Part shown: positions 13,031 to 25,618 of the stretch, in pieces
Layout: every line of letters begins with the position of its first letter
Numbering within the stretch: position 1 is the stretch's first letter
Assembly: GCF_965641715.1 (NCBI RefSeq)
Contig: NZ_OZ282453.1
Length of the DNA: 64,000 nt
Direction: 5' to 3' (one strand)
Source of the DNA: Escherichia coli
GTDB taxonomy: Bacteria > Pseudomonadota > Gammaproteobacteria > Enterobacterales > Enterobacteriaceae
Program-made: the position numbers and the translations under genes
The notes under the pieces: model-generated
Told to the model about the DNA's origin: nothing
Database searches by the model: none
The model's input: only the letters and a program-made list of their open reading frames with translations

Positions 13031-13827
13031 CAATAAACAAAACTCACAGGTGCAGCACCTGCCGGATGCGGCAAAATACCCATCGGGATGCCATAAATCA
13101 TTTCGAGGGTTTCGCCGCGCATAATTTCCGCAGGCGTTCCCTGAGCAATCATTTCACCGCCGCGCAGGGCGACCAGATAATCACAGTAGCGTGCCGCCAT
13201 ATTGATATCGTGCAGCACGGCAATGACCGTCAGACCACGTTCCTGACTTAAACGATGCACCAGCGCCAGCACATCAACCTGGTGGGCGATATCCAGCGCC
13301 GAGGTTGGCTCGTCGAGCAACAGACAACGGCTATCCTGCGCCACCAGCATGGCGATCCACGCCCGCTGACGTTCGCCGCCAGAGAGGCTATCGACCAGCC
13401 GATGCGCCAGCGGTTTTAAGCCAACCAGCGAGATAGCTTCCTCAACTTTTTCGCGATCTGCCGCACCAAAGCGCCCTAGTGCGCCATGCCACGGGTAACG
13501 ACCAATCGCCACCAGTTCACGCACGGTCATCCCTTCTGCCGGAGGAAGCTGCTGCGGTAAATAAGCCACTTTGCGGGCAAACGCTTTGCTGCTCCAGCTT
13601 TCCAGCGGCTGGGCATCAAGAAGAATCTCCCCTTCCGACGGCGGCTGATGACGGCCAAGCATTTTGAGCAGAGTGGATTTACCAGAACCGTTGTGACCAA
13701 TCAGACCGGTCACTTTCCCGGCAGGAAAGGTTAACGACAGCGGATGCAAAAGCGTGCGCCCGGGCACACGAAAGGAGATATTACGCAGTGCAAAAGTGGT
13801 ATCGGAATGATTCGTGTATTCCTGCAT
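13030..13827 (-). CDS. fhuC: Ferric hydroxamate ABC transporter ATPase FhuC
   Basis: ORF 13030..13869; 265-aa product from MQEYTNHSDTTFALRNISF; Walker A GHNGSGKST. Confidence 0.9.
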   Translation of the reverse strand: MQEYTNHSDTTFALRNISFRVPGRTLLHPLSLTFPAGKVTGLIGHNGSGKSTLLKMLGRHQPPSEGEILLDAQPLESWSSKAFARKVAYLPQQLPPAEGMTVRELVAIGRYPWHGALGRFGAADREKVEEAISLVGLKPLAHRLVDSLSGGERQRAWIAMLVAQDSRCLLLDEPTSALDIAHQVDVLALVHRLSQERGLTVIAVLHDINMAARYCDYLVALRGGEMIAQGTPAEIMRGETLEMIYGIPMGILPHPAGAAPVSFVY

Positions 13828-13877
13828 AACAGCCAACTTGTGAAACGGGCACGGAAATCCGTGCCCCAAAAGAGAAA

Positions 13878-15387
13878 TTAGAAACGGAAGGTTGCGGTTG
13901 CAACGACCTGACGTTCTGCGCCCCAGAAGCAGCCATAAGTGTTAAAGCAGCTGGCGACGTATTCACGATCGAACAGGTTGTTGACATGCAGCGCCACGTT
14001 GGAGCCCGCCATGCCGACTCGCGCCAGATCATAACGCACTAACGCATCCACGACCGTATAACTTCCCACTTTAAAGGAGTTAGCCGGATCACCATAGCTG
14101 GAGCCAGTATAACGACCACCGGTGCCCAGCGTCAGACCTGAAAGCGGACCGTCAAAGAAGGTATAGTCAGCCCACAGCGAAGCCATGTGTTTTGGCACCT
14201 GTGCCGGCGTATTGCCTTTATAGGTAGTATCGGTGGTGTATTCCGCATCGGTGTAAGTATAAGAACCGACTACGTTAACACTCGCCGACAGCGCCGCTTT
14301 CGCTTCGATTTCTACGCCACGTGCGCGGATCTCGCCACCTTCAACCGAGAAGAAGGAACCCTCAGGGTCCGCCATCAGGTTGTTGGTTTTAGTGAGATTA
14401 TACACGGCACCAGTAACTACAATCGGACGATCTTCCGGTACATATTTCACGCCGACTTCATACTGCTTACCTTTAGACGGTGCGAAAATATTACCATCCT
14501 TCCCAACTTGCGAAGAAGGTTCAAACGATTCGCTATAGCTGAAGTAAGGTGTTACGCCATTATCAAACAGGTAGTTAACACCACCACGCCAGGTAAACTG
14601 TTTGTCATCGCGTTTATCGGTCGTCGCGGCAACGCGGTTAAGAGATTCTTGATCTGCCCAGTCGTAACGACCGCCCAGGGTGACCAGCACTTTATCCCAC
14701 TGCGCCTGATCCTGAACATAAACGCCCGTTTGTTTCTGCTTATTCAGAATGCGGTAAGGGCCGGAGTTTGCCGGATCTTTGGCATTGAAGTCGAAATCGG
14801 TATTCACCGGATTGTACAGATCGAGCAGCGGTACGGAGTCGTCGTAACCAAACCAAGCGTTGATGTCATTACGCATACGCATAAAGTCGACACCGGTCAG
14901 CAGGGTGTGGTCGATATCGCCAGTGGCAAACTTGCTCTGCAACTGGGTATCAACGGAGAAGTTTTGCAGCTTCTCATCATCAACGACGTATTTACGTGCC
15001 AGATAATGGCCTTTATCCGCTGGCGCTAATGCCGCACACTGTTTGCTGTAAGCATTCGCCGGATCGGAGCAGACGCCGTAACCATAAACGCTGTTTTGCG
15101 AGGTTTTGTTTTCAGCAAAGCGCAGGTTCTGACGCACAGTAAAGGTGTCGTTAAATTCGTGATCGAAGCTGTAGCCCACCATCTTCTCATTACGAGAATA
15201 GGTGTTGTTCTTCGCCCCTTCGTTAAAGTCTGTCGGCAGACGCTTACCGTTCGGCAGCGGCTCAACGGTTCCCTCTTTCGGCAACCAGCCGTAATAACCC
15301 GTTTCCGATGCCGCTAACCGCTGTGGCTACTACAACTGCGATTTTACGCAGTGAGTGTTTTGGCTGAGCAGTTTTGGAACGCGCCAT
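13878..15387 (-). pseudogene. fhuA: fhuA (ferrichrome receptor; phage T1/T5/phi80 receptor) with internal 734-bp frameshifting deletion
   Basis: ATG at 15387 encodes MARSKTAQPKHSLRKIAVVVATAVSG, then joins directly (junction 15307/15308) to ...ETGYYGWLPKEGTVEPL in another frame; the C-terminal 468 codons (ORF 13878..15284) are intact to ATFRF-stop; expected gene is about 2.24 kb but only 1510 bp are present. Confidence 0.85.
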
Positions 15388-15427
15388 TGGTATATCTCTG
15401 ATGTAAAGTGAATGATAACGTAAACGA

Positions 15428-15456
15428 GAATGATTATTATAAAGATAAGATAATAT
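15428..15456 (-). promoter_or_regulatory. Fur box in fhuA promoter region
   Basis: reverse strand reads atattatcttatctttataataatcattc, GATAAT/ATTATC-type repeats just upstream of the fhuA start. Confidence 0.65.
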
Positions 15457-15565
15457 TCGAAACGCTGGCGGGTTCGCAAGCGGTACGCAATCTGAGCGTT
15501 CCTGAAGGGTTAATAAACAACCAGATGAAAAGAAAGGGTTAATACTTTGGGTGGGATGTTATTTT

Positions 15566-15590
15566 ACCGGATGGCAACTCGCCATCCGGT
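15566..15590. terminator. Hairpin 3' of mrcB (ccggatggc / gccatccgg)
   Basis: 9-bp inverted repeat 16 nt past the mrcB stop. Confidence 0.5.
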
Positions 15591-15606
15591 ATTTCACGCT
15601 TAGATG

Positions 15607-18141
15607 TTAATTACTACCAAACATATCCTTAATCCAACCGGCTACACCGTCGCTATCTTTCTGCTCTTGCTGAGCAGGTTGCTGTTGCGGCTGTTGCTGC
15701 GGCTGTGAAGACTGATCAAACGGGTTGCCTGACGGCTGCTGCTGCATCTCACTCTGCTGGCACAGCGATTGCGGATCGCTGGTCCAGACCGGCAAGACAC
15801 GCATGCCACCGCTGCAAACAAAGTTGCCGTCGTAGTCCACGCCCATATCTGCAATATCTTCTGGCGGAACAAGATTCAGCGGCGTTGGCGTCTGGTTAGC
15901 CAGATAACGCTGATAAATCGACATTGCCCCGCTGGCACCATACAGTTTGGTCGGCTGGTTGTTATCACGGCCTACCCAGGTGATGGTCACCGTGCTGCCG
16001 TCAATGCCCGCAAACCAGGTATCTACGTTATTGTTGGTAGTCCCTGTTTTCCCTGCCAGATGCAGGTTCGGGTATTTCGCCCCAAGCTGACGACCCGTAC
16101 CACGTTGTACCACCTGCTGCATGGTCCATAGTGTCAGATACGCCGCCTGCGCCGGAACAGCGCGTTCCGCCTGCGGGAAGCTCTGATACAGCACTTTGCC
16201 ATCTTCCGCGATTACCGAACGCAGCGCAGAAAGCGGTGCACGGTTACCGCCGCTGGCGATGGTCTGGAATGCCTGCGCCACTTCGATTGGCGTTAAGTTC
16301 AACGCCCCCAGCAGCATCGCCGGAACCGGATGCAGCTGATCTTTCGGCACGCCCAGTTTAATCCAGGTATCCGTAACCGCAGGCAGCCCCAGCGCCATCC
16401 CCAGATTTACCGTCGGCACGTTCATCGAACGGGTCAACGCATCCACCAGCATCACTCTGCCGCTTTCGCTATAACGACGGTCATCGTTCTGCGGTGACCA
16501 GACCTGGCCATTCGGCTGACGTAGCGCGATTGGCGCATCCGCAATCCACGTATTCAGACGATAGATTTTCGGCTGGCTTAAGGCCGTCAGATAAGTCGCT
16601 GGTTTTGCAAGGGAACCAATCGAACGACGCGCCTGCATCGCACGGTTGTAGCCCGCAAACTGCGGCTCAGAACCTCCGACCATCGCACGAACTTCACCAC
16701 TAAAGCGGTCGACGACCACAATCGCGGTTTCCAGATCGCTCAGCTTACGCTGTTTCTTAAGTGCCGGAATGCCTTCCACGGCGGCTTTTTCTGCCGCGTC
16801 CTGGGCCACCGAGTCAAAGGTAGTGAAGATCTTCACGCCGGAGAGATCTTTTACCTTATCGCCTAATTTAGCCTGAAGCTCCTGACGCACCAGTTGCATA
16901 AAGGCTGGCTGAGGAGAGATCACCCCACCGCGCGGCTGAACACCCAGCGGACGCGCACTCAACATGTCATAGAGTTCTTGATCAATAATCTGTTGCTGTT
17001 GCAGCAGACGCAGTACCAGATTACGTCGCTCCAGCGCCAGTTTCGGGTTACGCCACGGGTTGTAGATGGACGCTCCTTTCACCATACCGACTAACAGCGC
17101 CTGTTGATCGAGGCTCAATTCTTCTACCGGGCGACCAAAGTAATACAAGCTCGCCAGCGGGAAGCCGCGGATTTCGTTGTCGCCGCTCTGACCGAGATAC
17201 ACCTCGTTCATATACAGCTCAAGAATACGGTCTTTGCTGTAACGCGCGTCCATGATCAGCGCCATGTAAGCTTCGTTCGCTTTACGCCAGTAAGAGCGCT
17301 CGCTGGAGAGGAACAGGTTTTTCACCAGCTGTTGCGTCAGCGTACTCGCCCCCTGCACCGTGCGTCCGGCTGTCAGGTTTGCCAGCACCGCACGTCCGAT
17401 GGAGTAGAGACTGATTCCATCATGCTCGTAGAAATGGCGGTCTTCTGTCGCCAGCAAAGTATCCACCAGCAAATCCGGGAAACCACTGCGCGGCACAAAC
17501 AAACGCTGCTCACCGTTTGGTGAGGAGATCATGGTGATCAGACGCGGATCAAGACGGAAGAAACCGAACTGACGGTTGTTCTCCATATTGACGATCGTCG
17601 CCAAATGATCGCCATCAAAGGTCAGACGCGCGCGCACCTGTCCTTCTTTACTGTCCGGGAAATCAAACGGACGGCGAATCATCTCAATGCTGTTGGCCTG
17701 CACGGTAAATTCGCCAGGACGGGTCATTTTTGACACCTGACGATACTGGGTTGCCTCCAGCAGCTTCACCATTTCGTTCTTGCTGATGGTCATGTCTGGC
17801 TCAAGGTTGACCATTCGACCATAAACTGCCGCAGGCAGTTGCCAGACCTTGCCATCAATACGGCTACGAATTTTTTGATCGAGATAAACGCCGTAAATGG
17901 CGATCAGCACGGCAAAAACGATAGCCAGTTTTAACAGCAGCCATAGCCAGCCGCGTTTGCCACGAGGCTTACGCCCTTTGCCTTTGCCCTTACCTTTGCG
18001 CGGCATCGGTTCTTCATCCTCATAGTCATCATAATCGTCGTAATCATCGTCATCTTCGTAACGACGACGGCTTACCTTTTGTTTGACCGGACGCGTCGGT
18101 TTCCCTTTGCGTCCAATTGGCTCGCGGTCATTCCCGGCCAT
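15607..18141 (-). CDS. mrcB: Penicillin-binding protein 1B (bifunctional glycosyltransferase/transpeptidase)
   Basis: ORF 15607..18156; 844-aa product from [20 protein letters not shown]; acidic [15 protein letters not shown] tract, Q/P-rich C-terminus. Confidence 0.95.
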   Translation of the reverse strand: MAGNDREPIGRKGKPTRPVKQKVSRRRYEDDDDYDDYDDYEDEEPMPRKGKGKGKGRKPRGKRGWLWLLLKLAIVFAVLIAIYGVYLDQKIRSRIDGKVWQLPAAVYGRMVNLEPDMTISKNEMVKLLEATQYRQVSKMTRPGEFTVQANSIEMIRRPFDFPDSKEGQVRARLTFDGDHLATIVNMENNRQFGFFRLDPRLITMISSPNGEQRLFVPRSGFPDLLVDTLLATEDRHFYEHDGISLYSIGRAVLANLTAGRTVQGASTLTQQLVKNLFLSSERSYWRKANEAYMALIMDARYSKDRILELYMNEVYLGQSGDNEIRGFPLASLYYFGRPVEELSLDQQALLVGMVKGASIYNPWRNPKLALERRNLVLRLLQQQQIIDQELYDMLSARPLGVQPRGGVISPQPAFMQLVRQELQAKLGDKVKDLSGVKIFTTFDSVAQDAAEKAAVEGIPALKKQRKLSDLETAIVVVDRFSGEVRAMVGGSEPQFAGYNRAMQARRSIGSLAKPATYLTALSQPKIYRLNTWIADAPIALRQPNGQVWSPQNDDRRYSESGRVMLVDALTRSMNVPTVNLGMALGLPAVTDTWIKLGVPKDQLHPVPAMLLGALNLTPIEVAQAFQTIASGGNRAPLSALRSVIAEDGKVLYQSFPQAERAVPAQAAYLTLWTMQQVVQRGTGRQLGAKYPNLHLAGKTGTTNNNVDTWFAGIDGSTVTITWVGRDNNQPTKLYGASGAMSIYQRYLANQTPTPLNLVPPEDIADMGVDYDGNFVCSGGMRVLPVWTSDPQSLCQQSEMQQQPSGNPFDQSSQPQQQPQQQPAQQEQKDSDGVAGWIKDMFGSN

Positions 18142-18235
18142 GCTTTTTCTCCGCAATATTCAGGCGCAAAAGCCCGATTTTCTGTTCTTCTGTTGCAAGA
18201 CAGAAGAAGATATCTCTCAAAATTTGAGCTCGATC

Positions 18236-18325
18236 GGTCCCCTCTCCCTTAAGGGAGAGGGTTAGGGTGAGGGTGAACGTGCGCGCTGATGCCCTCACCC
18301 CGGCCCTCTCCCACAGGGAGAGGGA
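18236..18325. repeat. Composite intergenic palindromic element (three nested GC-rich hairpins) between hrpB and mrcB
   Basis: tcccctctccc-ttaa-gggagaggg; gggtgaggg...ccctcaccc; ccctctccc-aca-gggagaggg, all read directly. Confidence 0.6.
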
Positions 18326-18336
18326 GAAAACCAACC

Positions 18337-20766
18337 TTACGAATACTTTTTCGTCCGTCGCGTCGGTGCCGTGTTTGCCGGGTCGTCCGGCCAGACGTGT
18401 TTGGGATAACGCCCTTTCATCTCCTTTTGCACCTCACGATACGCCCCTTTCCAGAAGGCCCCCAAATCACGCGTGATTTGCAGCGGCCTTTGGGCAGGGG
18501 AAAGCAACTCCAGCACCAGCGGCACGCGCCCCTGGGCGATCGTCGGATTGGTGGCCTCACCAAACATCTCCTGCATTCTCACCGCCAGCGCGGGCGGGTT
18601 ATCTTCATGATAACGAATGGCGATCCGGCTTCCCGTCGGCACAGTGTAATGCGCAGGCAATTCACTATCCAGACGTTGCTGCATTCCCCAATCAAGTAAT
18701 CCGCGTAGTGCCTGATAAATGTCGAGTGATTTCAGGCCGCGTAGTGAATGTACACCGGCCATATGTGGCAGCAGCCACGTTTCCAGCGTCGCCAACAAAC
18801 TTTCATCATCAACCGCTGGCCAGTCATATTCTGGCAACCACTTTCCGGCGCATAACAAACGCAAGCGTAGCTGTTCCGCTTCCGCCGTCCAGTTGAGCAC
18901 GCTTAAACCTTTATCACGGATGCCGTTAAGCATCGCCTGATGCAACTCGTCTTCTGACGGTTTCGCCAACGGCTGCACTTTCACCGTCAACTGACCGATT
19001 TGCAGCCGACGCCAGGCTTTCAGCGTACCTTGCGCGTCATCCCATTCCACGGTGTCAGATTGCTGCACCAGCTGCGGACAGCGTCGCACTAATTCATCAA
19101 TATCGACCGGTAGCGCCAGTAAAATCCGCGCATCCGGCGAGGCGCTGCCCTGCAATAATAACGGTGCGATCAACCATTCGTGGCGGCTTAGCGCGTCGTC
19201 GGCATCGAGCATCGCTCCCATGCCGTTTGCCAGTTGATAGCGTCCATCTTGCCCACGGCGGCGAGCAATGCGATCGGCAAACGCCCCGGCAAGTAGCGGC
19301 GCGATAAGCGAACTGTCTGCCTCACCGCCGCGTACGTTTAAGCGTTTTAACAGTTGCTGACTACGTTGCTGCCAGGCTGGTTGATTGCGCGAAAACGCCA
19401 CGCCCAGGTCACTATTGCCCATCCGTGGCGGCTCTTCGAGAATGGCGGCAATTTTTGCCGCGGTAGCAGCTTCGTCGTCGCTCTTTGCGCTAACCAGCAT
19501 TGCCGCTAAACGCGGATCGTTACCCAGCGCTGCCATTTTTTGCCCCTGCGCACTAAGCCGTTCACCGTCCAGCGCCCCCAGCATCTTTAACAGGCGTTTC
19601 GCGGCCAGTAAATTCACTGCTGGCGGTTGATCCAGCCAGCTCATCTGCGCCGGATCGCTGCATCCCCATTGCAGTAATTCCATCAACAAACCGGAAAGAT
19701 CGCTTTGTAATATTTCCGGTTCACTTTGCGCCGCGGCGCGTTCTGCTTGTTCCTTGGCGATTAAATGCAGGCAGATACCCGGCTCCAGACGCCCGGCGCG
19801 CCCGGCACGCTGCGTCATCGACGCCTGACTGATTCGCTGAGTAATCAACCGCGTAAGCCCTGTTCGCGGATCAAAACGCGCCACCCTTTCCTGGGCACAA
19901 TCCACCACCAGACGAATACCTTCGATGGTTAAACTGGTTTCAGCAATATTGGTCGCCAGCACCACTTTGCGCATCCCTTGCGGTGCCGGGAGGATCGCTT
20001 TTCGCTGATCGTTCAGCGACAACGCGCCATACAGCGGGCAGAGCAACACATCACTGCCGATGCGCGAAGCCAGTTGTTCCTGCACACGCTGAATTTCTCC
20101 GACGCCAGGTAAAAATAACAGTAATGATCCACTTTCCTGACGCAGCATTTCGGCGGTGGCAACCGCGACGGCTTCGTCAAAACGCTGATGCGCGGGCAGC
20201 GGTAAATAACGGCGTTCAACCGGAAACGAGCGCCCTTCTGAGATGACGACGGGCGCTTCTGGCAGCATTTGCTGCAAGCGGTCGTTATCCAGCGTAGCCG
20301 ACATAATCAGCAGTTTAAGGTCATCACGCAGACCTTGTTGCACATCGAGTAACAGCGCCAACGCCAAATCCGCCTGCAAGCTGCGCTCATGAAATTCATC
20401 AAGGATCACCAGTCCAACACCGCTCAGTTCCGGGTCACGCTGGATCATCCGCGTCAGCACGCCTTCGGTAACCACTTCCAGGCGGGTATTCGGCCCGACG
20501 CAGTTTTGCGCACGCATCCGGTAGCCAACGGTATCGCCTGGCTTTTCGTTAAGCAGCTCCGCCAGCCGTTGCGCGACGTTACGCGCCGCCAGACGCCGTG
20601 GCTCCAGCAGGATAATTTTCCCGTTAATGCCGGGATGCGCCAGCAGTTGCAGCGGCAGCCAGGTTGATTTCCCGGCCCCGGTCGGCGCACTTAATAATAC
20701 CTGCGGCGCACAATCGAGAGCGGTAAGTAATTCAGGTAAGACGGCAGCAACGGGCAACGACGACAC
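18337..20766 (-). CDS. hrpB: ATP-dependent RNA helicase HrpB (DEAH-box)
   Basis: ORF 18337..20811; GAGKST Walker A, DEFHER motif; probable GTG start at 20766 preceded by GGAG (alternative ATG at 20811 lacks an SD). Confidence 0.85.
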   Translation of the reverse strand: MSSLPVAAVLPELLTALDCAPQVLLSAPTGAGKSTWLPLQLLAHPGINGKIILLEPRRLAARNVAQRLAELLNEKPGDTVGYRMRAQNCVGPNTRLEVVTEGVLTRMIQRDPELSGVGLVILDEFHERSLQADLALALLLDVQQGLRDDLKLLIMSATLDNDRLQQMLPEAPVVISEGRSFPVERRYLPLPAHQRFDEAVAVATAEMLRQESGSLLLFLPGVGEIQRVQEQLASRIGSDVLLCPLYGALSLNDQRKAILPAPQGMRKVVLATNIAETSLTIEGIRLVVDCAQERVARFDPRTGLTRLITQRISQASMTQRAGRAGRLEPGICLHLIAKEQAERAAAQSEPEILQSDLSGLLMELLQWGCSDPAQMSWLDQPPAVNLLAAKRLLKMLGALDGERLSAQGQKMAALGNDPRLAAMLVSAKSDDEAATAAKIAAILEEPPRMGNSDLGVAFSRNQPAWQQRSQQLLKRLNVRGGEADSSLIAPLLAGAFADRIARRRGQDGRYQLANGMGAMLDADDALSRHEWLIAPLLLQGSASPDARILLALPVDIDELVRRCPQLVQQSDTVEWDDAQGTLKAWRRLQIGQLTVKVQPLAKPSEDELHQAMLNGIRDKGLSVLNWTAEAEQLRLRLLCAGKWLPEYDWPAVDDESLLATLETWLLPHMAGVHSLRGLKSLDIYQALRGLLDWGMQQRLDSELPAHYTVPTGSRIAIRYHEDNPPALAVRMQEMFGEATNPTIAQGRVPLVLELLSPAQRPLQITRDLGAFWKGAYREVQKEMKGRYPKHVWPDDPANTAPTRRTKKYS

Positions 20767-20839
20767 AAAACGCTCCAGAGGGTTAACATTCTTCGCGCCA
20801 CATTGTAGCATCGCGGTAATTCATAACCGAGTGCCTCAC

Positions 20840-22089
<1,250 letters not shown>

Positions 22090-22266
22090 TAAAGTAAGTA
22101 ACTGGTTAATTTACATTCTGGTCGCGTGCGCAAATACGCTTTTCCTCACACAGTTGTCAAGTGTTACGTTTAGATAATTGCTATCCGGAAAAGCATCTGC
22201 TATTTATAGCGGCCTCATTTTTCCCCCGAACATGGGGATCGATAGTGCGTGTTAAGGAGAAGCAAC

Positions 22267-22722
22267 ATGCAAGAAGGGCAAAACCGTAAAACATCGTCCC
22301 TGAGTATTCTCGCCATCGCTGGGGTGGAACCATATCAGGAGAAGCCGGGCGAAGAGTATATGAATGAAGCCCAGCTGGCGCACTTCCGTCGTATTCTGGA
22401 AGCATGGCGTAATCAACTCAGGGATGAAGTCGATCGCACCGTTACACATATGCAGGATGAAGCAGCCAACTTCCCGGACCCGGTAGACCGTGCAGCCCAG
22501 GAAGAAGAGTTCAGCCTCGAACTGCGTAACCGCGATCGCGAGCGTAAGCTGATCAAAAAGATCGAGAAGACGCTGAAAAAAGTGGAAGACGAAGATTTCG
22601 GCTACTGTGAATCCTGCGGTGTTGAAATTGGTATTCGCCGTCTGGAAGCGCGCCCGACAGCCGATCTGTGCATCGACTGCAAAACGCTGGCTGAAATTCG
22701 CGAAAAACAGATGGCTGGCTAA
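22267..22722 (+). CDS. dksA: RNA polymerase-binding transcription factor DksA
   Basis: 151 aa from [19 protein letters not shown]; C4 zinc finger [25 protein letters not shown]. Confidence 0.95.
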   Translation: MQEGQNRKTSSLSILAIAGVEPYQEKPGEEYMNEAQLAHFRRILEAWRNQLRDEVDRTVTHMQDEAANFPDPVDRAAQEEEFSLELRNRDRERKLIKKIEKTLKKVEDEDFGYCESCGVEIGIRRLEARPTADLCIDCKTLAEIREKQMAG

Positions 22723-22750
22723 TTACAGCCGTTCCATCACGTTTACCACA

Positions 22751-22779
22751 GGCGGGAAATGCTCCCGCCTTATTTTTTG
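22751..22779 (+). terminator. dksA intrinsic terminator (ggcgggaaatgctcccgcc + T-run); the gluQ start codon lies inside the hairpin
   Basis: hairpin and tattttttg read directly; ATG of the next ORF at 22759. Confidence 0.7.
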
Positions 22780-23685
22780 TTCAAAGAGATGACAGACACA
22801 CACTATATTGGCCGCTTCGCCCCCTCTCCTTCCGGCGAGCTTCATTTTGGTTCTCTGATTGCTGCGCTTGGCAGCTATTTGCAGGCTCGCGCCCGGCAAG
22901 GTCGCTGGCTGGTACGCATAGAAGATATCGACCCGCCTCGTGAAGTTCCCGGTGCCGCAGAAACTATCCTGCGCCAGCTGGAACATTACGGCCTGCACTG
23001 GGACGGCGATGTTCTCTGGCAATCGCAACGTCACCACGCCTATCGCGAAGCACTCGCCTGGTTACATGAGCAAGGACTAAGTTATTACTGCACCTGCACG
23101 CGTGCACGTATTCAAAGCATTGGCGGTATTTACGACGGCCATTGCCGGGAATTGCATCATGGACCAGGCAACGCCGCAGTGCGTATCCGCCAGCAGCATC
23201 CGGTCACCCAGTTTACTGACCTGCTGCGCGGCATTATTCACGCCGACGAAAAACTGGCACGGGAAGATTTTATTATTCATCGCCGTGATGGTTTGTTTGC
23301 CTATAACCTGGCGGTGGTGGTCGATGATCACTTCCAGGGCGTGAGCGAAATTGTCCGCGGGGCAGATTTGATCGAACCGACAGTGCGGCAAATCTCGCTG
23401 TACCAGCTTTTTGGCTGGAAAGTGCCAGATTACATTCATCTGCCGCTGGCGCTTAATCCACAAGGCGCTAAACTTTCCAAGCAGAATCATGCGCCTGCGT
23501 TGCCGAAAGGCGATCCACGCCCGGTACTAATCGCGGCACTTCAATTTCTGGGGCAGCAGGCAGAAGCACACTGGCAGGATTTCAGCGTCGAGCAAATCCT
23601 TCAGTCAGCCGTCAAAAACTGGCGGCTTACCGCAGTGCCTGAGTCGGCAATTGTAAATTCAACATTCTCAAATGCGTCATGCTGA
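22759..23685 (+). CDS. gluQ: Glutamyl-Q tRNA(Asp) synthetase
   Basis: 308 aa; class I aaRS HIGR-like motif ([19 protein letters not shown]) and KLSK motif. Confidence 0.9.
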   Translation: MLPPYFLFKEMTDTHYIGRFAPSPSGELHFGSLIAALGSYLQARARQGRWLVRIEDIDPPREVPGAAETILRQLEHYGLHWDGDVLWQSQRHHAYREALAWLHEQGLSYYCTCTRARIQSIGGIYDGHCRELHHGPGNAAVRIRQQHPVTQFTDLLRGIIHADEKLAREDFIIHRRDGLFAYNLAVVVDDHFQGVSEIVRGADLIEPTVRQISLYQLFGWKVPDYIHLPLALNPQGAKLSKQNHAPALPKGDPRPVLIAALQFLGQQAEAHWQDFSVEQILQSAVKNWRLTAVPESAIVNSTFSNASC

Positions 23686-23744
23686 GCTATGATTAGCCGC
23701 TATTTTTTTGTCCTGAATGATGTTTGACACTACCGAGGTGTACT

Positions 23745-25142
23745 ATTTTTACCCGAGTCGCTAATTTTTGCCGCAAGGTGCTAAGCCGCGAGGAAAGCGA
23801 GGCTGAACAGGCAGTCGCCCGTCCACAGGTGACGGTGATCCCGCGTGAGCAGCATGCTATTTCCCGCAAAGATATCAGTGAAAATGCCCTGAAGGTAATG
23901 TACAGGCTCAATAAAGCGGGATACGAAGCCTGGCTGGTTGGCGGCGGCGTGCGCGACCTGTTACTTGGCAAAAAGCCGAAAGACTTTGACGTAACCACTA
24001 ACGCCACGCCTGAGCAGGTGCGCAAACTGTTCCGTAACTGCCGCCTGGTGGGTCGCCGTTTCCGTCTGGCTCATGTGATGTTTGGCCCAGAGATTATCGA
24101 AGTTGCGACCTTCCGTGGACACCACGAAGGTAACGTCAGCGACCGCACGACCTCCCAACGCGGGCAAAACGGCATGTTGCTGCGCGACAACATTTTCGGC
24201 TCCATCGAAGAAGACGCCCAGCGCCGCGATTTCACTATCAACAGCCTGTATTACAGCGTAGCGGATTTTACCGTCCGTGATTACGTTGGCGGTATGAAGG
24301 ATCTGAAGGACGGCGTTATCCGTCTGATTGGTAACCCGGAAACGCGCTACCGTGAAGATCCGGTACGTATGCTGCGCGCGGTACGTTTTGCCGCCAAATT
24401 GGGTATGCGCATCAGCCCGGAAACCGCAGAACCGATCCCTCGCCTCGCTACCCTGCTGAACGATATCCCACCGGCACGCCTGTTTGAAGAATCGCTTAAA
24501 CTGCTACAAGCGGGCTACGGTTACGAAACCTATAAGCTGCTGTGTGAATATCATCTGTTCCAGCCACTGTTCCCGACCATTACCCGCTACTTCACGGAAA
24601 ATGGCGACAGCCCGATGGAGCGGATCATTGAGCAGGTACTGAAGAACACCGATACGCGTATTCATAACGATATGCGCGTTAACCCGGCGTTTTTGTTTGC
24701 CGCCATGTTCTGGTACCCACTGCTGGAGACGGCACAGAAGATCGCCCAGGAAAGCGGCCTGACCTATCACGACGCTTTCGCGCTGGCGATGAACGACGTG
24801 CTGGACGAAGCCTGCCGTTCACTGGCAATCCCGAAACGTCTGACGACGTTAACCCGCGATATCTGGCAGTTGCAGTTGCGTATGTCCCGACGTCAGGGTA
24901 AACGTGCATGGAAACTGCTGGAGCATCCTAAGTTCCGTGCGGCTTATGACCTGTTGGCCTTGCGAGCTGAAGTTGAACGTAACGCTGAACTGCAGCGTCT
25001 GGTGAAATGGTGGGGTGAGTTCCAGGTTTCCGCGCCACCAGACCAAAAAGGGATGCTCAACGAGCTGGATGAAGAACCGTCACCGCGTCGCCGTACTCGT
25101 CGTCCACGCAAACGCGCACCGCGTCGTGAGGGTACCGCATGA
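23745..25142 (+). CDS. pcnB: Poly(A) polymerase I, non-AUG (ATT) start
   Basis: ORF track opens at TTG 23724; the known product begins at ATT 23745 ([19 protein letters not shown]); no in-frame ATG upstream of the catalytic domain. Confidence 0.85.
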
Positions 25143-25618
25143 CAGTGGCGTATATTGCCATAGGCAGCAATCTGGCCTCTCCGCTGGAGCAGGTCAATGC
25201 TGCCCTGAAAGCATTAGGCGATATCCCTGAAAGCCACATTCTTACCGTTTCTTCGTTTTACCGCACCCCACCGCTGGGGCCGCAAGATCAACCCGATTAC
25301 TTAAACGCAGCCGTGGCGCTGGAAACCTCTCTTGCACCTGAAGAGCTACTCAATCACACACAGCGTATTGAATTGCAGCAAGGTCGCGTCCGTAAAGCTG
25401 AACGCTGGGGACCGCGCACGCTGGATCTCGACATCATGCTGTTTGGTAATGAAGTGATAAATACTGAACGACTGACCGTACCGCACTACGATATGAAAAA
25501 TCGTGGATTTATGCTGTGGCCGCTGTTTGAAATCGCGCCAGAGTTGGTGTTTCCTGATGGGGAAACATTACGTGAAATACTCACTTCACTAGCAGTACCA
25601 CAACCTGCCATCTGGTAA
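25139..25618 (+). CDS. folK: 2-amino-4-hydroxy-6-hydroxymethyldihydropteridine pyrophosphokinase (HPPK)
   Basis: 159 aa; [26 protein letters not shown]; overlaps pcnB stop (ATGA); last ~17 residues differ from the K-12 sequence I recall. Confidence 0.9.

Noticed and set aside
14187-15029. 280-aa + strand ORF
   Set aside because: Lies inside the retained fhuA barrel-coding region on the opposite strand; no SD and no recognisable domain.
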